Positions 25,725 through 39,100 of a DNA stretch of 64,000 nucleotides are shown here, one piece after another. Each line of letters begins with the position of its first letter. Positions within the stretch are counted from its first letter, which is position 1. The stretch is taken from the NCBI RefSeq assembly GCF_963921235.1, contig NC_086097.1:111912001-111976000 (forward strand). Reading direction: 5' to 3'. The position numbers and the translations under genes were made by a program. The notes beneath the pieces are model-generated. The model was given only the letters and a program-made list of their open reading frames with translations, had not been told where the DNA came from and made no database searches. The stretch is from Mobula hypostoma (taxonomy: Eukaryota).

Positions 25725-26097
25725 GAACCACAACTTTGACATAGGGTTTGGAGGCTTGTGTGCCTCAATGACCCAGAAAGCTATATGGGCTTTATGCTTT
25801 GGCTTTTGGTGGGGTCATACATGCCAAACTGATCAAAGGTAGAGCGCAGACCAAGAGAGGTCCACCGGTCCTCCAGGTTCAGGGGTTCAGCTCAGGCTAA
25901 CAACCCTGACAGTAAAACGGTTACAGAAACAGCAATGAATAATCTGTCTGCATCTGAGTGTGATGGTACTCCGGAATCTCCACCTGGGACTTGCATGACT
26001 GACAGTAGTGAAAACCCAACTACTGACATGATGAACACCGCCAGAGTTGGAGGACCGTCATTGCTGCCCTAAACCTTAGCACCATAATGGTCAGTAG
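25725..26097 (+). mobile_element. Short non-autonomous RTE-derived element (5' UTR joined to 3' end)
   Basis: 5' part GGAGGCTTGTGTGCCTCAATGACCC...AGCTAT and GGCTAACAACCCTGAC-GTAAAA resemble RTE 5' UTRs; 3' part TGGAGGACCGTCATTGCTGCCCTA resembles the RTE ORF end. Recognised by memory only. Confidence 0.55.
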
Positions 26098-26259
26098 AGA
26101 ATGAGGAACTGCTTCCTCAATTGCGAGAACCTCTCTGCTATCTGCAAAGTACAAGAATATTCTTCTAAATCAGTGTATCCGCATTACCATCCATCTCCAT
26201 GCTTCTAGATGGTTCACTCAATCTCTCCAGCGCTAGTTCACTGTGCCTTTACTCTGTGC

Positions 26260-26260
<1 letters not shown>

Positions 26261-26306
<46 letters not shown>
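26261..26306. repeat. (TG)n microsatellite
   Basis: About 23 perfect TG units. Confidence 0.95.
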
Positions 26307-26307
<1 letters not shown>

Positions 26308-27817
26308 TCCATAGTTAGAAAGCACTGCCAGTGAGAAGAAGAGTAAAAATATTGGGGGAAAACTTTCCACTTTGTCTCTAATTGCACACTATACAAGGCT
26401 AGGAACATGCAGAGGAAGTATGGGGCATAGAATCAAAAAGTCATAGAGCAGTACAGCACAGAAAAAGGCACTTCATCCCATCTAGTCCAAGCCAGCCTGG
26501 ATTTTTGCCTGGTCCAATTGGCCCCCACCTGGACCATAATCCTCCATCTCTTTCTTGCTCCCTCTCATTCATGTATCTATCTAAACTTTTCAAATGTTAC
26601 AAATGAGTCTGCATATACCACTTCTGCTACCAATTCATTCCTCTGGAATTGTTGCTGATGATAACAGCCACAAAGTCGATTATCATCAACACATTCTCAC
26701 ACCATCAGTATTCATGTGTTGCTGCTTGGCTTCCCAGCTGTCTTATGTAGAATAGGACTATTAGGGTAAAACTGTAATACAGTGTGAAGTTGATATTGAA
26801 TTTCTTGACTGAGACAAATGATATACAAAGGTTAATTACCTGGCTAGAAAGGATGGAATTGCCCAGCAGAGAACTGTTACTTCATTTTACAAAAATCAGT
26901 ATAAAGCTTCCTTGATTCTGAGCAATCTGCTCAGTGGAACTTCAAAGGTAACTCAATGGCAAGGGACCATTTCCCTTGAATTCCAACTTACCTCTAAGTG
27001 TAAGTATCTTCAAACTTCATAAAGATCTAATTGAAAAGACCCCATTTAAAAGAAATGCAGTTTATTTTTCATTTAAGCAGTAGATTTATTAGAAGCATTC
27101 TCTGTGTGATCTATAGAAACCTTTTCTCATTGTAAAGTACTTTACTCGTTCACCCTGCAGTTTTTTGTTTGCAAGAGAAAAGGGACCCAGCCCGTTCATC
27201 ATTTCTGATTTGGTGTGAGCGTGCAGTTCATGGGTCATCCCTGTAATTATTTTCCCACATCCTCCAAGCAACTGTTCTTCTGCCTTGTTTCCTCCTCTTC
27301 CACTTCTTCCTTTTCTTTTGGCTTTTTTCCTCACTCCTTCTTCCTCCCTCTTCTTCCACTCTCCCTCTCATTTCTTTTCCCTCTTTCTAGAACAGGGAAG
27401 TTTAACATAATATCTACTTTTCAATTTGACTTTTCTAGTGATAAAGAACTGTGCTTTATTTATTTTTTGATTTAAGGCCTTATTGCCTGCACCTTTATTT
27501 TCTGCAGCCTTTGGAACATACCATATTGGTGTCATCTGAAAATTTTTAATGAGCTTGCTACATATTCCTAATTCCATATTTTCTATCCTTGCTATGGGCT
27601 TCCATGTTGTGTGCTGTTGATGGTATTTTGAAACTCCCATCTATGTTTCATCTTCTGCAGTCAGGTACTTTTGGTTTCTGCTACTGAAAATAATAGTGTA
27701 AGTTTGGTCAATTACAACCCTCTATTTGGAAATCTCTGCTGGAAATTGTGTATTCTCAATCTCTGAAAGCTTTTCTGTGCATCTTTGATTAAGGATTGGA
27801 TAATATTTCACCAATTC

Positions 27818-28960
27818 AGTGAGGGGTGACCTCATTGAAACTTATCGAATGCTGAGTGGATGTGGAGAGAATGTTTCCTATGGTGGGGGAGTCTAAGACC
27901 AGAGGATATACCCTCAGAATAGAGGGGCATCCTTTTAGAGTGGAGATGAGGAGGAACTTCTTTGGCCAGAGGGTGGTGAATATGTGGAATTCGTTGCCAC
28001 AGGTGGCTGTGGAGGCCAAGTCATTGGGTATATTTAAGGCAGAGGTTGATAGATTCATGATTAGTCAGAACATGAAAGGATATGGAAGGTGGCAGGATAT
28101 TTCGACTGAGATGGAAAATGGATCTGCCGTGATGAAATGGCGGAACAGGCTCGATGCACCAAATGGCTTAATTCTGGACGAATTCTCTGAACTTGCTGGA
28201 TCTCTATTTTTAAACATAGGATTGCTGCCAATCCTCTGGCGGTATTTAATTTTCTATTGACCATTTTTCATTTTTATGCAAGGCACCTGGCTGCTTTTAG
28301 ATATATAGATGCAATCCACCTAAAAAAAAAATTGCTCTGGGAAGCTTGATTGTGATTTCCCTTTTTGCCCTACCAGGGTAGGATTTACACAGTGAATTTT
28401 AAGGCATAAAGGAGTGCAGTAGAACAGAGGGATCTGGGAATAATTACTTGAATGTGATGTCACAGGTAGATAGGGCTAATTTGGAGTATTGTGTGCAGTT
28501 TTTGTCACATACCAACAGAAAATGTATCAATAAATTTGAAGAGTATAGAGAAAATTTACAAGAATTTCACTGGAATTTGAGGACATGAGTTTCGAGAATA
28601 GGTTGAGGTGATTAGCATTTTATTCCCTGGAGTGTAGGAGAATGAAGGGAAGGGTATATAAAATAATGAAGGGTATAGATAGGGTAAATGCAAGCAGGCT
28701 TTTTCTACTGAGGCTGGGTGATATTAGGACTTAGAGGTCAGGTTAAGGATAAAAGCTGAAATATTTAAAGGGAACATGAGGGTGAACTTCTCTCAGAGGG
28801 TGGAGTCATTGTGGAAGTGGTGGGTGTGGGTTCAATTTCAACATTTATGAGAAGTTTGGGTAACAACATGGATGGGAAGGGTATGCAGGGATGTGGTCCA
28901 CGTGTGGGTCGATGGGACTAGGGCGACATGGGCTGAAGCGGCTGTTTCTGTGCCGTGACT
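27818..28960 (+). mobile_element. Two old CR1 3' fragments (about 27818-28175 and 28375-28960)
   Basis: DVERMFPMVGESKTRG...RNFFGQRVVNMWNSLP translation; second decayed copy with the LEYCVQF-coding segment. Confidence 0.75.
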
Positions 28961-29637
28961 AGGTAAACCACTACATCACTAGTGTCTGAGTGTCATCCCA
29001 TTCCCCTTTAAAGTTTGATTCCTGAGTTACAGACCTGAGTTAAACTTCTGGGTTGAAGGTCAAATGAGATTAAGGCACTTCTCCAAAAATCATGTCAACA
29101 GGGTGGGTGGCGAGATCGATTAACCAAAATTCCCAAGGTTCTGAAAGTGTTCTAATGAATTGTATAACAGAGGTGACATTGGTACTGACACAGGAATCCA
29201 ATAACAAATGAGAGGTATGAAGACAAACCAGACAGCTGATTAAAGATTCAAGTTTATTTATCATATACATCAAAACATACTGTGAAATATGTAATTTGTA
29301 TTAACAACCAGCATATCCAAGTGTGTACTAGGGGCGGTTCGCCCGTGTCGCCACACCATCTGGTGCCAACATAGCACGCCCACAATGCTCAGCAGAACAA
29401 TACAGAACACAACAAAACAAGCCCCATTCCTCCCTCCCACCCATGCATATGCTATACATAGCTGATGCTGGACTTCGGAACAGAAGGCAAGGGAGAGACA
29501 CTGGTATGTGATAAGTGGAACTAGATGGAAGGGATTCTGGGCAGATGAAACTAGATTGGGGGAGTGAGTGAATGGGAAACGTGAGAAATTTCTTTGGTCT
29601 AACTGAGCTCAGCAATGTAATATTTCATATTTTACAG

Positions 29638-29796
29638 GCTGCTGTGGCAGGAGGTACGACCATGATATTGGACTTTGTGATCCCTCACAAAGGTACCTCT
29701 TTATTAGAAGCTTATGACAGATGGAAGAGCTGGGCAGATCCCAAAGTCTGTTGTGATTACTCATTCCATGTAGCTGTGACCTGGTGGAGTGCAAAG
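29638..29796 (+). CDS. DPYS: Dihydropyrimidinase coding exon 2 (159 nt)
   Basis: ttttacag| acceptor; [16 protein letters not shown]...[22 protein letters not shown]; |GTACAG donor; phase 0/0. Confidence 0.96.
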
Positions 29797-31911
29797 GTAC
29801 AGTGAACACATTAAGTAAATTTATTTCAGCTTAAATAATGTTTGTAAAATTCCAGTGATTATCATAATATGTGTTAATATTGAGGGCTTTCTGAAACAAG
29901 TCTCAGTAGTTAATGTGTGTTTTGAGATATTTTCAACAGGATTAGTCTTGCATGGGTGATGTAGAGATTGAATATACAGAGTGGTAGTGGAATTCCAGTC
30001 AAGTCAAACAATGCATGATATTGTTTGAGTTGCACTGATTCAAACAAGTGGAGACATTTCCATCACACATTTGGGCTTTTAGATGATGAGAAGGGTTTGT
30101 GTCAGTGTATTGTTCACTGCAGAATATTCTGCCTCAATTCTCTTGTAGCTACAGTATTTATATGATTGATCTAGTTAAGAGGTAGTGATCATAATATGAT
30201 AGAATTCACCTTGCAGTTGGAGAGGAAGAAGCATAAATTCAGATGTATCGGTATTACAGTATAGTAGAGGGAATTATAGAGGCATGAGAGAAGAGCTGGC
30301 CAAAGTTGATTGGAAGGGAACACTAGCAGGGATCATGGCAGAACTGCGATGTCTGGAGTTTCTGGGAGTAATTGGGAAGGTGCAAGATAGATGAATCCCA
30401 AAGAAGAAGTATTCTAAAGGCAGGATGACTCAACCGTGCTGACAATGGAAGTCAAAGACATCATAAAAGCAAAAGAAAGGGCATATAATAGAGCAAAAAA
30501 TAGTGGGAAGTTAGAGGTTTGGGAAGCTTTTTAAAAACCAACAGAAGGCAACTAAAAAGGCCATGGGGGGAGATGAAATCTGAAGGTAAGCTTATATTAA
30601 AGAGAATACCCGAAGTCTTTTCAGATAGGTAAAGAGTAAAAGAGAGGTGAGAGTAGATGCCAGCCTTGGCTTGACTGTGTGTAGGTAAGAGCAGGCACTG
30701 TTTGTTATAATGTTTAAGGTTTTCAGGATTAAGCATATTACCGTAAGTGTCAATGCTTTGAAGTTGAGCGCCACAGGTCTCCTCCAGAGTAGAGAATTCC
30801 AGGTAGTAACTCTGGAAGTTTCTGGCGCCCCCTTACCATTTCTCTTCTTCTCACCTACCATTCACCTCTCTCTGCTGCCCCTCCTTTCTTTTCTCCATTA
30901 GTCCATTCTCCACTCCTATCAGATTCTTCCTCCTTCTTCATTCCTTTACTTCTTCCACAAATCACTTTTTAGCTTCTCTTCTCCTTCCATCCACCTTTCC
31001 GCTCACCTCCTTTCATCTATCAGCTGTCAGCTAGTAGTCCGACTCCTTTCCCACCTTCTTATTCTGACTTCTTCCCCTTTCCTTTCCAGTCCTGATGAAG
31101 GTTCATGGCCCAAAACATTGACTACATATTCCTGCCCATTTATGCTGCTTGACTGCTGAGTTCCTCCACCATTTTGTGTGTATTGATCTGAATTTCCAGC
31201 ATCTGTAGAATCTCTTGTGTTTATTTTTCCAGGAAGTGGCAGTTATGCTTTGAGGATGCCAGATGTCTGTTCTGTAATGTTCTTCATGAGTCATAGGTGT
31301 TACTATAGGCTGGTATACATACCTACTCTGGGGACTCTACATGGAAGTCTCAGTGAATTGTCCTGGATTGAAGAAATTATATTGTTGATAGTATAGTTCT
31401 CTGTAGTTGAACACCAACTGCAAATTGACACTGGAATTCATGAAAAAGTTCAAGTTCAGAAGAGATAGTATGTGTGCAACAATAGTACACAAACTATACC
31501 GAGTTCAGTAAATATGGATGGTATATTGTGTTAAAGAAACAATCTGGGAATTGATTTGAGTGGCTGGCTGCCCTCCAGTTGCTGACCTGGGCAGCACTTT
31601 CATCTCCTTCCCTTGTGTCTCTGCTGTAGTCATCCTCTGTCTGGTCTCATTTTTCTCTGCCCCACTGTTTACCCCCTTCTCCAAGCTTGCTCATTGTTCT
31701 CTTTTTCTACTTATACTATGTTCTACTTTCTTTCAGCCTCCTTTCTCACTCTCTCTCCTGCTTCTCTCTCGTTCTCATGTCCTTTTCTCTCTCTCTCTCT
31801 CTTGCTGCCTCTTTTTATTCTCTGTCTCCCCCGCCTCTCTTCTGTCTTTCTCTCTCTGTTGTAGCTGTGGAAGACTACCATATCTTCCTTTTTTAATCTG
31901 CTTTTTCACAG

Positions 31912-32091
31912 GTGAAAGAAGAAATGGAAATATTAGTTAATGAGAGGGGTGTGAATTCCTTTAAGATGTTCATGGCATACAAAGATCTCTTCATGCTTCA
32001 GGATGACGAATTGTATTCCATCTTCTGTCACTGTAAGAAGTTGGGAGCAATTGCTCAGGTTCATGCTGAAAATGGACATATAATATCAGAG
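31912..32091 (+). CDS. DPYS: Dihydropyrimidinase coding exon 3 (180 nt)
   Basis: ctttttcacag| acceptor; [25 protein letters not shown]...[13 protein letters not shown] with the carbamylated-Lys position (SFK) and HAENG His; |GTGAGT donor. Confidence 0.96.
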
Positions 32092-32334
32092 GTGAGTATT
32101 AACCAAGCTGTGCTTTTTTCCCTCATTGTTTTCCCACACGTATGCTATACTTTTCATTTTGGTTTTCGCTTGATAAAAACCAAGGAATTGAAATGAAGTT
32201 CTTATGATTCCAACATTTTAAACACTTTGGAAAAGATTGCTTTCAACTCATTCCACAACTTGACTTGCCATAGCCCTTTGGTTGCGACACTTTAATTATG
32301 CAGGACTGGATGAGCTGAGCATATCTAGCAAGGC

Positions 32335-32667
32335 AGATTATTTAAAAATAATTTAATGAACAAATATAAAATACATTTAAAATGAATGGGAGTAATGTAA
32401 ATAAATGATACTTGGAATTGGATTTTGTGTTAAAAGATTATGAAATTTTTTGTTTTGATGTTATGATTGACGCCAAATATGTTGCTATATAAGTAAGGGG
32501 GGTAGGCGTAATAAGCTGTAGCTTCAGCCTACACCCTTTCAGTCTGTTTTAAAGAATATCTATGTTTTTTTTGGGTTGTAATTTTGTCCTATGAAATCAT
32601 CGTTGAAAATGATGCTTTTTGTCATGTTTGTACTGACTGAAATAAATTTCATTCATTCATTCATTCA
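32335..32667 (+). mobile_element. LINE 3' end (L2/Crack-like) with terminal hairpin and (TTCA)n tail
   Basis: Stem-loop GTAGGC-...-AAGCT-GT-AGCTT-...-GCCTAC at 32502-32532, AATAAA at 32641, (TTCA)n at about 32648-32667. Clade and 5' boundary uncertain. Confidence 0.5.
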
Positions 32668-35600
32668 TATGGGCTTTAAGTGAAAAGTGGACTTGGCCAA
32701 CCCTGAAGCTTCATCCCAGGAGTATCCAGTCCTTTTGTCATTTGCTTTAGGTTTTTAATCAAAACTTTACCATTTGATTTAAATAAGTACTAAGAAATAA
32801 ACAAAAACCTATCAATGTAAGTGAAATAGGTCAAGCAGATATCTCTATCACAGGTTTGTTGATTGAAATGAATGGGAGGTAGCAGCCATCCCTGATGTAG
32901 AGGAGAAGGTGTGATACAAAGAGTATCTAGACTTCAGTTTAGTAAATCATTTCTCAGCTAGTGGGTTTTGTGGTGAGTTCAGTGGGCGAGTGAACAGTTA
33001 ATTGTGCTTCTAACCTTCAGTCTGTCTGGACTTCTGTCATTCACCATTCCGCGCACACCTCAACCACTTCAGTTATTAGTCACACTAACCAAGCTGATAT
33101 TTTCAATATCAAATGGTGCTAAAACATGTATAGTCTCTGTTTCATATTCCAGCTGGGTGGTGGCTTCTTCCCCCAGGCTATGAAGCTTCTGAACAACCTG
33201 CTACCACCCACTACTCATCATTTATGATAGCACCAGTAGCTGTAATACTGATGTATATTTTTTATTATTAATTTTTTATTGCAACACCAACAAATTACAT
33301 TCAATACAACCAATTGGCAATTACATTTTGACTTTAACCCAGCCACCCCCAACCTTCATCACCATCCCCCCTCCACCCCTCTCTCCCCACCATCCATCTC
33401 CCCTCCACCAACCAACTGAATAGTAGTACATACACAGACAAAGCATTCCTATTTTAACAAAAGATCTTTTAAGTAAGATATCAAATTTGTCCACATTAAG
33501 ATTGTGTTTGGTCGTGCATCATTTACTCTTGCTGACGAAAGTTCCAGGTAAGAAATGTCCAAAAAGCTCTGAAGCCAGTGAGTATTTGAAATATCATGGG
33601 GAGGTTTCCAACGCTGGACTACAATCTTCTTAGCTGCAGTCAGGCCTGCCAGCCAGATTTTGCATGATTTTCCGTAAGGGAAAAGTGGGAGTCATCATTT
33701 AGAAGCTGTACAGTGGGGTCCATTGGTAATTGTACCCCTGTTAGTTCTGTAAGAGTACTGATAACCTACCCCCACAAACCAAAAACCCCTGGACATTCCC
33801 ATACAACATGTATAAAAGAGCCCACTGTTCTGTGGGAGCAAAATGAGCAATAAGGGTCAAGAACCAGTCCCATTTGATGTCTAATTCTCGGTGTTAAATA
33901 TGGTCTATGACAAAATTTCAAGTGTGTATACCGATGATTTGGGTTTTTCCAATCACCAGCAGCATTATCCCAAATCACATCCCAGTCTAAGTCTTGTCCC
34001 AATTCAGATATGTCCCTATCCCAGGCTTTCATTCCTGATGTGGGCATATATTTCTGGGAGTTTAATTTATCATAGATATATGACACTATCTGTCCAGGAG
34101 CACTCTGTATCCAACTTAAAATGGGATGGTCCTTTAAATCTGACCCCCAGGGAATGCCGTAGGCTTTACAAGCTGATCTTACTCTAAAGTAGAAGAAACG
34201 AGAGTGTTTATTAATATTATATTGAGATATCAGTTCTTGAAAGCTAAGGATAATACTTGCCCCATTAATATCTTGAAGAGTAGTAATACCTTTATCCTCC
34301 CAAGTTCTGTTAGTGAATGGTTTCCCCCCAGGTAGAAAACGATTATTGTTCCATAATGGAGATGATTTTCACCATACGCTTTTAAATTTTAGGAATTTTT
34401 CTGCTGCTCTAATCATTTGTAGCATATGGGTTAAAATTGGACCGTAATACAAATCACATTTTTTAGTAGACATACCTACAAGGAGAAAGCCCTTCAACTT
34501 TATTGGTGCCATTAGCTCTTGTCCTATATTTTTCCAGGATGAAACATTATCCTCCTCCATCCAATAGCTAAGACTTTTTAATACAAATGCCCACTGATAC
34601 AATTTAAAATTTGGACATGCCAATCTCCCATCCGACTTTTTGAATTGTAGAGCTGACCATTTTACATTGGGTCGTTTACCATTCCAAACATAGCATCATA
34701 GTAAGGAGTCCAGTTTTTGCCAATATCCTGTTGGAGGTGCAAGTGGGATCATTGAGCTGATAAAATTAATGCGGGGGAAGATGCTCATTGATGCTGGCAG
34801 GTGTCTCCATCTATTAATATATTCTATTTTTTCAGAATTAAAGAGTAATTTGTTTTAGTCACAGATGATAGGGAAGTATTAACTTTAATACCCAAGTAGA
34901 GGACCTCATTTGTAACCCTAATCTGGGGAGGGAGAGACACCTTACTTTTATCTGCATTAATCAGCATCAGTGCTGATTTTGACAAATTAACTTTGTATCC
35001 TGAAAAAAGTCCAAATTGCTCCAGTGTTTTTAAAACATCGGGGAGAGTTTGTTGAACATTTGCCATATAAACTAGCGTGTCGTCCGTGTAGTGATATCGA
35101 ATGTGAAGTTGTACCTATTGTAATAGGGGAGATCTGAGGAGAGTTTCTAATTAAATGTGCAAATAGTTCAATAGATATAGTAAAAATTAAAATAACTCTG
35201 AGAAACCTCCTCCCACACATACCCGGGCTGAAGGATTAGCATACAGTGTTTGAATCATATTGATAAATTTATCGCTGAACTTAAATTCTTTTAGAACTCT
35301 CCAAAGATATGGCTATCCAAGGCAATCAAACGCTTTTTCAGCATCTAGAAATAGCAGGCCACAGGCAGGCGGGATTTTATGTGTTGCACTCAGTATGTGT
35401 AAGAGCCGGCGAATATTATCAGATGCGAGATACCCCCGATAAAGCCCGTTTGATCTGGGCTAATTATTTTCCCAAGTACTGTCTCAAGCCTACTGGCTAA
35501 GACTTTGGAAAATATCTTGAGGTCAGCATTTATCAAGGAGATTAGATGGTAATTGGCACACTCCAAGGGGTCCTTACCAGGCTCAGGTATAACTGTGATC

Positions 35601-36152
35601 AGGGCTGTGTTTAGATCTCTATGGAAAGCGCCATTTCCAAAAGCATAATTTAATGTTTCTAACCATACTGGTCCAAGAATATCCCAAAGTGCTAGGTAAA
35701 GTTCCACAAGTATGCCATCTATGCCTGGCATACGGCCCTTATTTGTAGCTTTGACTGCTTTAAGTAGCTCATCCAGTGTAATAGGAGAGTCTAGAGCTTT
35801 GGTGTCCTCTAATGACAATGTAGGGAGGTCTAATCCACTAAAAAAATCTGTGAAGTCATTCTCAGAAGGAACTGAACCACTTGTATACAGCTCTTTAAAG
35901 TAGTTCTTGAATATCTCATTTATTTGCTCTGTTGAAGATACTACTCCATGTTTAGCACATCTAATCGCTGGTATAGACCTTTTAGCTTCCTGTTGTTTGA
36001 GCATTAGAGCTAAAAGATGGCTCGGTCTGCTGCCTTCTGTGTAATACTTATGTTTGGTTATATGGATCATATATTCTGCCCTGCTTCTTAATAAATCATT
36101 TAATTCTGCTTGTTTTGTTTTGAGCTTGTTTCCTTTTGTTATGGTGTATATC

Positions 36153-39100
36153 TATTGGTGCAGGCGTGACCTGTACAAAAAGGACGGGTTACACTTGAAT
36201 CCTAGGGGGACCAATATCCTGGCAGGGAGATTAGCGGGGGCTACTGAGGTGACTTTAAACTAGAATGGTTGGGGGGTGGGAATCAAATTAAAGAGGCTAG
36301 GCGTGAGGAGGTTAGTTCACAACAGAGGGATGGGAACCAGTGCAGAGAGACAGAGGGGTGTAAAGTGAGCGTAGAAGCAAAAAGTACAAAGGAGAAAAGT
36401 AAAAGTGGCAGGCCGACAAATCCAGGGCAAGCATTAAAAAGGGCTAAGAGAGTTGTAAAAGAGTGCCTGAAGGCTTTATGTGTCAATGCAAGGAGCATTC
36501 GTAATAAGGTGAATGAATTGAAAGTGCAGATTGTTATTAATGATTATGATATAGTTGGGATCACAGAGACATGGCTCCAGGGTGACCAGGGATGGGAGCT
36601 CAACGTTCAGGGATATTCAATATTCAGGAGGGATAGACATGAAGGAAGGGGAGGTGGGGTGGCGTTGCTGGTTAAAAAAGAGATTAACGCAATAGAAAGG
36701 AAGGACATAAGCCGGGAAGATGTGGAATCGATATGGGTAGAGCTGCGTAACACTAAGGGGCAGAAGACGCTGGTGGGAGTTGTGTACAGGCCACCTAACA
36801 GTAGTAGTGAGGTTGGAGATGGTATTAAACAGGAAATTAGAAATGTGTGCAATAAAGGAACAGCAGTTATAATGGGTGACTTCAATCTACATGTAGACTG
36901 GGTGAACCAAATTGGTAAAGGTGCTGAGGAAGAGGATTTCTTGGAATGTATGCGGGATGGTTTTTTGAACCAACATGTCGAGGAACCGACTAGAGAGCAG
37001 GCTATTCTGGACTGGGTTTTGAGCAATGAGGAAGGGTTAATTAGCGATCTTGTCGTGAGAGGCCCCTTGGGTAAGAGTGACCATAATATGGTGGAATTCT
37101 TCATTAACATGGAGAGTGACACAGTTAATTCAGAAACAAAGGTTCTGAACTTAAAGAGGGGTAACTTTGAAGGTATGAGACGTGAATTAGCTAAGATAGA
37201 CTGGCAAATGACACTTAAAGGATTGACGGTGGATATGCAATGGCAAGCATTTAAAGGTTGCATGGATGAACTACAACAATTGTTCATCCCAGTTTGGCAA
37301 AAGAATAAATCAAGGAAGGTAGTGCACCCGTGGCTGACAAGAGAAATTAGGGATAGTAACAATTCCAAAGAAGTAGCATACAAATTATCCAGAGAAAGTG
37401 GCTCACCTGAGGACTGGGAGAAATTCAGAGTTCAGCAGAGGAGGACAAAGGGCTTAATTAGGAAGGGGAAAAAAGATTATGAGAGAAAACTGGCAGAGAA
37501 CATAAAAACGGACTGTAAAAGCTTTTATAGATATGTAAAAAGGAAAAGACTGATAAAGACAAATGTAGGTCCCCTGCAGACAGAAACAGGTGAATTGATT
37601 ATGGGGAGCAAGGACATGGCAGACCAATTGAATAATTACTTTGGTTCTGTCTTCACTAAGGAGGACATAAATAATCTTCCAGAAATAGTAAGGGACAGAG
37701 GGTCCAGTGAGATGGAGGAACTGAGTGAAATACGTGTTAGTAGGGAAGTGGTGTTAGGTAAATTGAAGGGATTGAAGGCAGATAAATCCCCAGGGCCAGA
37801 TGGTCTGCATCCCAGAGTGCTTAAGGAAGTAGCCCAAGAAATAGTGGATGCATTAGTGATAATTTTTCAAAACTCGTTAGATTCTGGACTAGTTCCTGAG
37901 GATTGGAGGGTGGCTAATGTAACCCCACTTTTTAAAAAAGGAGGGAGAGAGAAACCCGGGAATTATAGGCCGGTTAGCCTAACGTCGGTGGTGGGGAAAC
38001 TGCTGGAGTCAGTTATCAAGGATGTGATAACAGCACATTTGGAAAGCGGTGAAATGATCGGACAAAGTCAGCATGGATTTGTGAAAGGAAAATCATGTCT
38101 GACGAATCTCATAGAATTTTTTGAGGATGTAACTAGTAGAGTGGATAGGGGAGAACCAGTGGATGTGGTATATTTGGATTTTCAAAAGGCTTTTGACAAG
38201 GTCCCACACAGGAGATTAGTGTGCAAACTTAAAGCACACGGTATTGGGGGTAAGGTATTGGTGTGGGTGGAGAATTGGTTAGCAGACAGGAAGCAAAGAG
38301 TGGGAATAAACGGGACCTTTTCAGAATGGCAGGCGGTGACTAGTGGGGTACCGCAAGGCTCAGTGCTGGGACCCCAGTTGTTTACAATATATATTAATGA
38401 CTTGGATGAGGGAATTAAATGCAGCATCTCCAAGTTTGCGGATGACACGAAGCTGGGTGGCAGTGTTAGCAGTGAGGAGGATGCTAAGAGGATGCAGAGT
38501 GACTTGGATAGGTTGGGTGAGTGGGCAAACTCATGGCAGATGCAATTTAATGTGGATAAATGTGAAGTTATCCACTTTGGTGGCAAAAATAGGAAAACAG
38601 ATTATTATCTGAATGGTGGCCGAATAGGAAAAGGGGAGGTGCAACGAGACCTGGGTGTCATTATACACCAGTCATTGAAAGTGGGCATGCAGGTACAGCA
38701 GGCGGTGAAAAAGGCGAACGGTATGCTGGCATTTATAGCGAGAGGATTCGAGTACAGGAGCAGGGAGGTACTACTGCAGTTGTACAAGGCCTTGGTGAGA
38801 CCACACCTGGAGTATTGTGTGCAGTTTTGGTCCCCTAATCGGAGGAAAGACATCTTTGCCATAGAGGGAGTACAAAGAAGGTTCACCAGATTGATTCCTG
38901 GGATGGCAGGTCTTTCATATGAAGAAAGACTGGATGAACTGGGCTTGTACTCGTTGGAATTTAGAAGATTGAGGGGGGATCTGATTGAAACGTATAAGAT
39001 CCTAAGGGGATTGGACAGGCTGGATGCGGGAAGATTGTTTCCGATGTTGGGGAGGTCCAGAACGAGGGGTCACAGTTTGAGGATAGAGGGGAAGCCTTTT

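Noticed and set aside
31560..31940. Overlapping Leu/Ser/Phe-rich ORFs that look like membrane proteins (also 21000-21308, 27215-27475)
   Set aside because: Translations of CT-rich low-complexity sequence.
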